A stretch of 9,537 bases of DNA from Prasinococcaceae sp. CCMP 1430 (lineage: Eukaryota; Plantae; Prasinodermophyta): contig RQSC01000022.1 in the NCBI GenBank assembly GCA_013416795.1, forward strand, positions 122,969 through 132,505. Direction: 5' to 3'. Below, piece by piece: positions 6,908 through 9,537 of this stretch. The notes below the pieces were generated by a model. It saw nothing but the letters and a program-made list of their open reading frames with translations, ran no database searches and had not been told where the DNA came from. Made by a program: the position numbers and the translations under genes. Position 1 is the stretch's first letter, and each line of letters starts with the position of its first letter.

Positions 6908-7899
6908 ATGCGCGGCGGGCTGACGCTCGACGTGGAGGCGGGTGCGGGCGGCGGCGGCGACGCCGGCATGCAGCTGCAGCGGAAGGACTCGCGCGGCGTC
7001 TGCGGCGCCGAGGAGGCCGCTCTGCGCGCCGCGCTCGCGCCACCGCGGCCCGCGCCGCTCTCCGCGCTCTTGCTCGGCGCCGACGTTGACGAGGTGCGGG
7101 CGCGCACGGACGCACGGGTGTGGACACGTGCACGCACGTGCGCACGCACACACGCACACGCACACACACACTCGCTCACACACGTACACACGCACACACG
7201 CACACGCACACACACACTCGCTCACGCACGTACACACGCACACACGCGCACACACACACGCGCACACACACACACATACACACAAGCGCTGCTCGCTGCA
7301 CCCGCGTGTGCGCATGCGCATCTGCGTGGTGCTGACGCGCGCGCGCGTGCCCGCGCGTAGGCGGGCGCCGAGGCGCACCTAGCGCTGAGCTCGGGCGTGG
7401 AGAGCGACGAGGCCGCGCGCGCGCTGTGGGCGATGACCCCCAAGCCCATGCCGCTGCAGCTCGCGGGCGGCGCGATCGACGCGGCGCAGGAAGGCGACAG
7501 GTGCGCGCTGGCAGTGGGGCTGAGAGCGAACCATGCGCGCGTGGCAAGACGCACACTCGAGCGCACGCGCCGCGCGTGCCTCTGTCGCGATGGCCGTCCT
7601 GACCACTCGCTCCCTCGCGTGCTCACGCACATGCACGCACGCGCGCACACTCACATGTGCGTATGCACACACACGCACATGGGCATGCGCATGCGCATTC
7701 GTACGCACACGCCCACACACGCACGCGCACGCATGCGCACGCATGCACGCCAACGCGCAGGCTGTCGTCCCGTGCTCGCCTCGATCCGGACGGCGACCCC
7801 CCGCCGGAGCTCGCGCTGCAACGCCAGGCGAGCCGCGGCTGCGACGGGGACGAGCAGCACGCGCTCGCGCGGGCCATAGAGCAGGCCACGGGCGAATGA
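6908..7899 (+). CDS. Hypothetical protein, about 154 aa; join(6908..7093,7361..7500,7761..7899); start uncertain
   Basis: Three GC3-rich blocks are separated by repeat-rich introns with canonical, phase-compatible ends: GAG|GTGCGG...GCTGAC...CGTAG| (phase 0) and AG|GTGCGC...CGCAG|G (phase 2). Stop TGA at 7897-7899. No family recognised. Confidence 0.65.
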
Positions 7900-7971
7900 G
7901 GTGGCGCGCGGCGGTCATTGCGAGTACCCGCGCACGTACGCGTCCGCGCATGCACGCGCGCACGCACGTAA

Positions 7972-7973
<2 letters not shown>

Positions 7974-8013
<40 letters not shown>
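7974..8013. repeat. (CA)n microsatellite between the convergent orphan gene and KIN17
   Basis: Directly visible. Confidence 0.92.
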
Positions 8014-8015
<2 letters not shown>

Positions 8016-8136
8016 GCGCGCGCAGAGCGCATGCACGCACACGCGCACAGGCGAGGACGCGCGCCACCGACGCTCGACGACGTCACCTGCCGACACCGGC
8101 AGCAATTATTAGAGAGGGAGGGCGCGCGCGCGCCGC

Positions 8137-8505
8137 TCAGGCGGCGGCCTTGCTGATGTCCTCGTACTCGAGCCCCTCGAGCACCGCTCCGTCGCGCTCG
8201 AGCCTTACGGCCGCCACGAACCTGTCGACGTCCACCCGCTCGAGCGCGCCGCGCTCGCCCGCGCGCGCGCCGCGCAGCACCACCACGGTTCCCCCCGGCC
8301 GCGGCAGCACCGTCTGCACGTGCGTGGCGTCCAGCAGCAGCTCGTCGCCGCTGCCGTGCATGCGCACCGTCGCCGCGCGGCCGCCCGCGCTCACCGCGAC
8401 GGTGTCCCCCTTGCGCTTGTAGTAGTCGGCGCCCAGCGACTTCGCCACGCACTTCACCACGATGCCCGGCACCAGCCAGCAGTGCTCGCCGGCGCGATCG
8501 CCGGG

Positions 8506-8563
<58 letters not shown>

Positions 8564-9315
8564 CTCCTCTGCCGCTCTTTGGCGCGCTCGTTGTCGCGCA
8601 TGATCTGCTCGAGGGCGCTGAGCCCGCCCCCGCCGCTTCCGGCACCTCCTCCTGGGCGCTCGCGCCTCGCCTCGCCGTCGGCAGCGCCGCCGAAGAACGC
8701 GGCCGCAGCGGCCGCGGAGGGCGGCGCGCTCGGCGTCGGGGCGGCGGCTGCGTGCGCGGCAGCGGCCCGCTGCGCGGCGGCGGCCTGCGCGAGCACGCGC
8801 TTGGCGTCGCGCGCGGCGGCGTCCTCCTCGGCGCGCTTGCGCTTCTCGGCGCGCTGGTCCTTCCTGGCGATCATGCTGCTGTCGCGCTCGATGTAGGTGA
8901 TCATCCAGCCTTCGGTGGGGTCGTCCTCCACCACGCACTTGCCCGCGCGGCCGAGGTACTGCACGAACTCGGTGAGCGTGGACCACTTGGTCGCGTTCAT
9001 GTGCACGTGCTCCTTGTCGGCGATGAACTCGTTGTAGAACTTGTTGGCGGACATGCGCGTCGTGCGGTGCGCGGTGGCGAGGTGCTCCAGGAAGGTGCGC
9101 TCGAAGCGCGCCGAGTACTCCTCGATCACCTTCTCGGGGTTCTCGCCGAAGATGGCCATCTGCCGCTGGTGCGACTCGGAGCGCAGGTGGCACTGGAAGC
9201 CGTTCTCGTCGCGGCACTGCTTCTCGCACATCTGGCAGTACCAGCGCAGCCGCTGCAGGCCCTTGGCCTTGGCGCGGTTGGCCAGCTTCTTCAGGCCCAT
9301 CGGGTCCTTGCCCAT
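8137..9315 (-). CDS. KIN17: KIN17 DNA/RNA-binding protein (C2H2 zinc finger, winged helix, C-terminal KOW/SH3-like), 392 aa, intronless
   Basis: MGK...KAKGLQRLRWYCQMCEKQCRDENGFQCHLRSESHQRQM, ANKFYNEFIADKEHVHMNATKWSTLTEFVQYLGR, WLVPGIVVK...YYKRKG, VQTVLP and LEYEDISK are KIN17 hallmarks. The ATG at 9315 matches the conserved MGK start. Confidence 0.96.
8509..8562 (-). repeat. Uninterrupted (CAG)18 encoding polyQ in KIN17
   Basis: 18 CTG units on the + strand, in frame as Gln. Confidence 0.93.
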
Positions 9316-9401
9316 GGCGGCCGCCGGGGAGGCCGCTGCGCGGGCGCGGGCGAGGGCGTCTCCTCGGGGAGGAGGGGAGGAGGAGGCAGGGCGGTTTGTT
9401 C

Positions 9402-9432
9402 GTGTGCGTGCGTGTGTGTGTGTGTGTGTGTG
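9402..9432. repeat. Short (GT)n tract about 90 nt upstream of the KIN17 ATG
   Basis: Directly visible. Confidence 0.85.
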
Positions 9433-9537
9433 CGGAGGGGGTAGCGAGGGGCACGAGTCGCCGGCGCGCACGCCCGTCGAGGTCCGGAAGGTCCTCGCGG
9501 GGCGCGCCGCCGCCCCCGCGGCCTCCGCGCCCGCCGC

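Noticed and set aside
8320-9444. Plus-strand ORFs with poly-Leu or poly-Cys opposite KIN17
   Set aside because: Shadows of KIN17 and its CAG tract.
9433-9537. Possible start of a divergent gene (TPVEVRKVLAGRAAAPAASAPA)
   Set aside because: Too short, cut by the window edge, with no start codon or recognisable motif.

Overview
Very GC-rich, gene-dense eukaryotic DNA. A green-algal origin is inferred from plant-type IRE1 and Alba signatures plus a motile-cilium gene. Five protein-coding loci: (1) a 5'-truncated IRE1 ER-stress kinase/RNase (+, <2..3694, one 162-nt in-frame intron); (2) the C-terminal half of an Rpp25-like Alba protein with a G/R-rich tail (-, 3974..4586); (3) a DNAAF6/PIH1D3-like dynein assembly factor (+, 5386..6446, 3 exons, N-terminus not found); (4) an unrecognised 3-exon gene of about 154 aa with an internal 23-aa repeat (+, 6908..7899); (5) intronless KIN17 (-, 8137..9315). 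Almost all introns and spacers are built from (CA)n/(GT)n/(GC)n microsatellites, which explains most long HT/CV ORFs in the track as artefacts. I found no CRISPR, mobile element, tRNA or rRNA, and no convincing novel multi-gene system. The best leads are the microsatellite-built introns, the stop-free IRE1 intron, a K-to-R change in the IRE1 RNase motif, the orphan gene with its upstream GTAC hairpin, and the missing 5' exons of two divergent genes.
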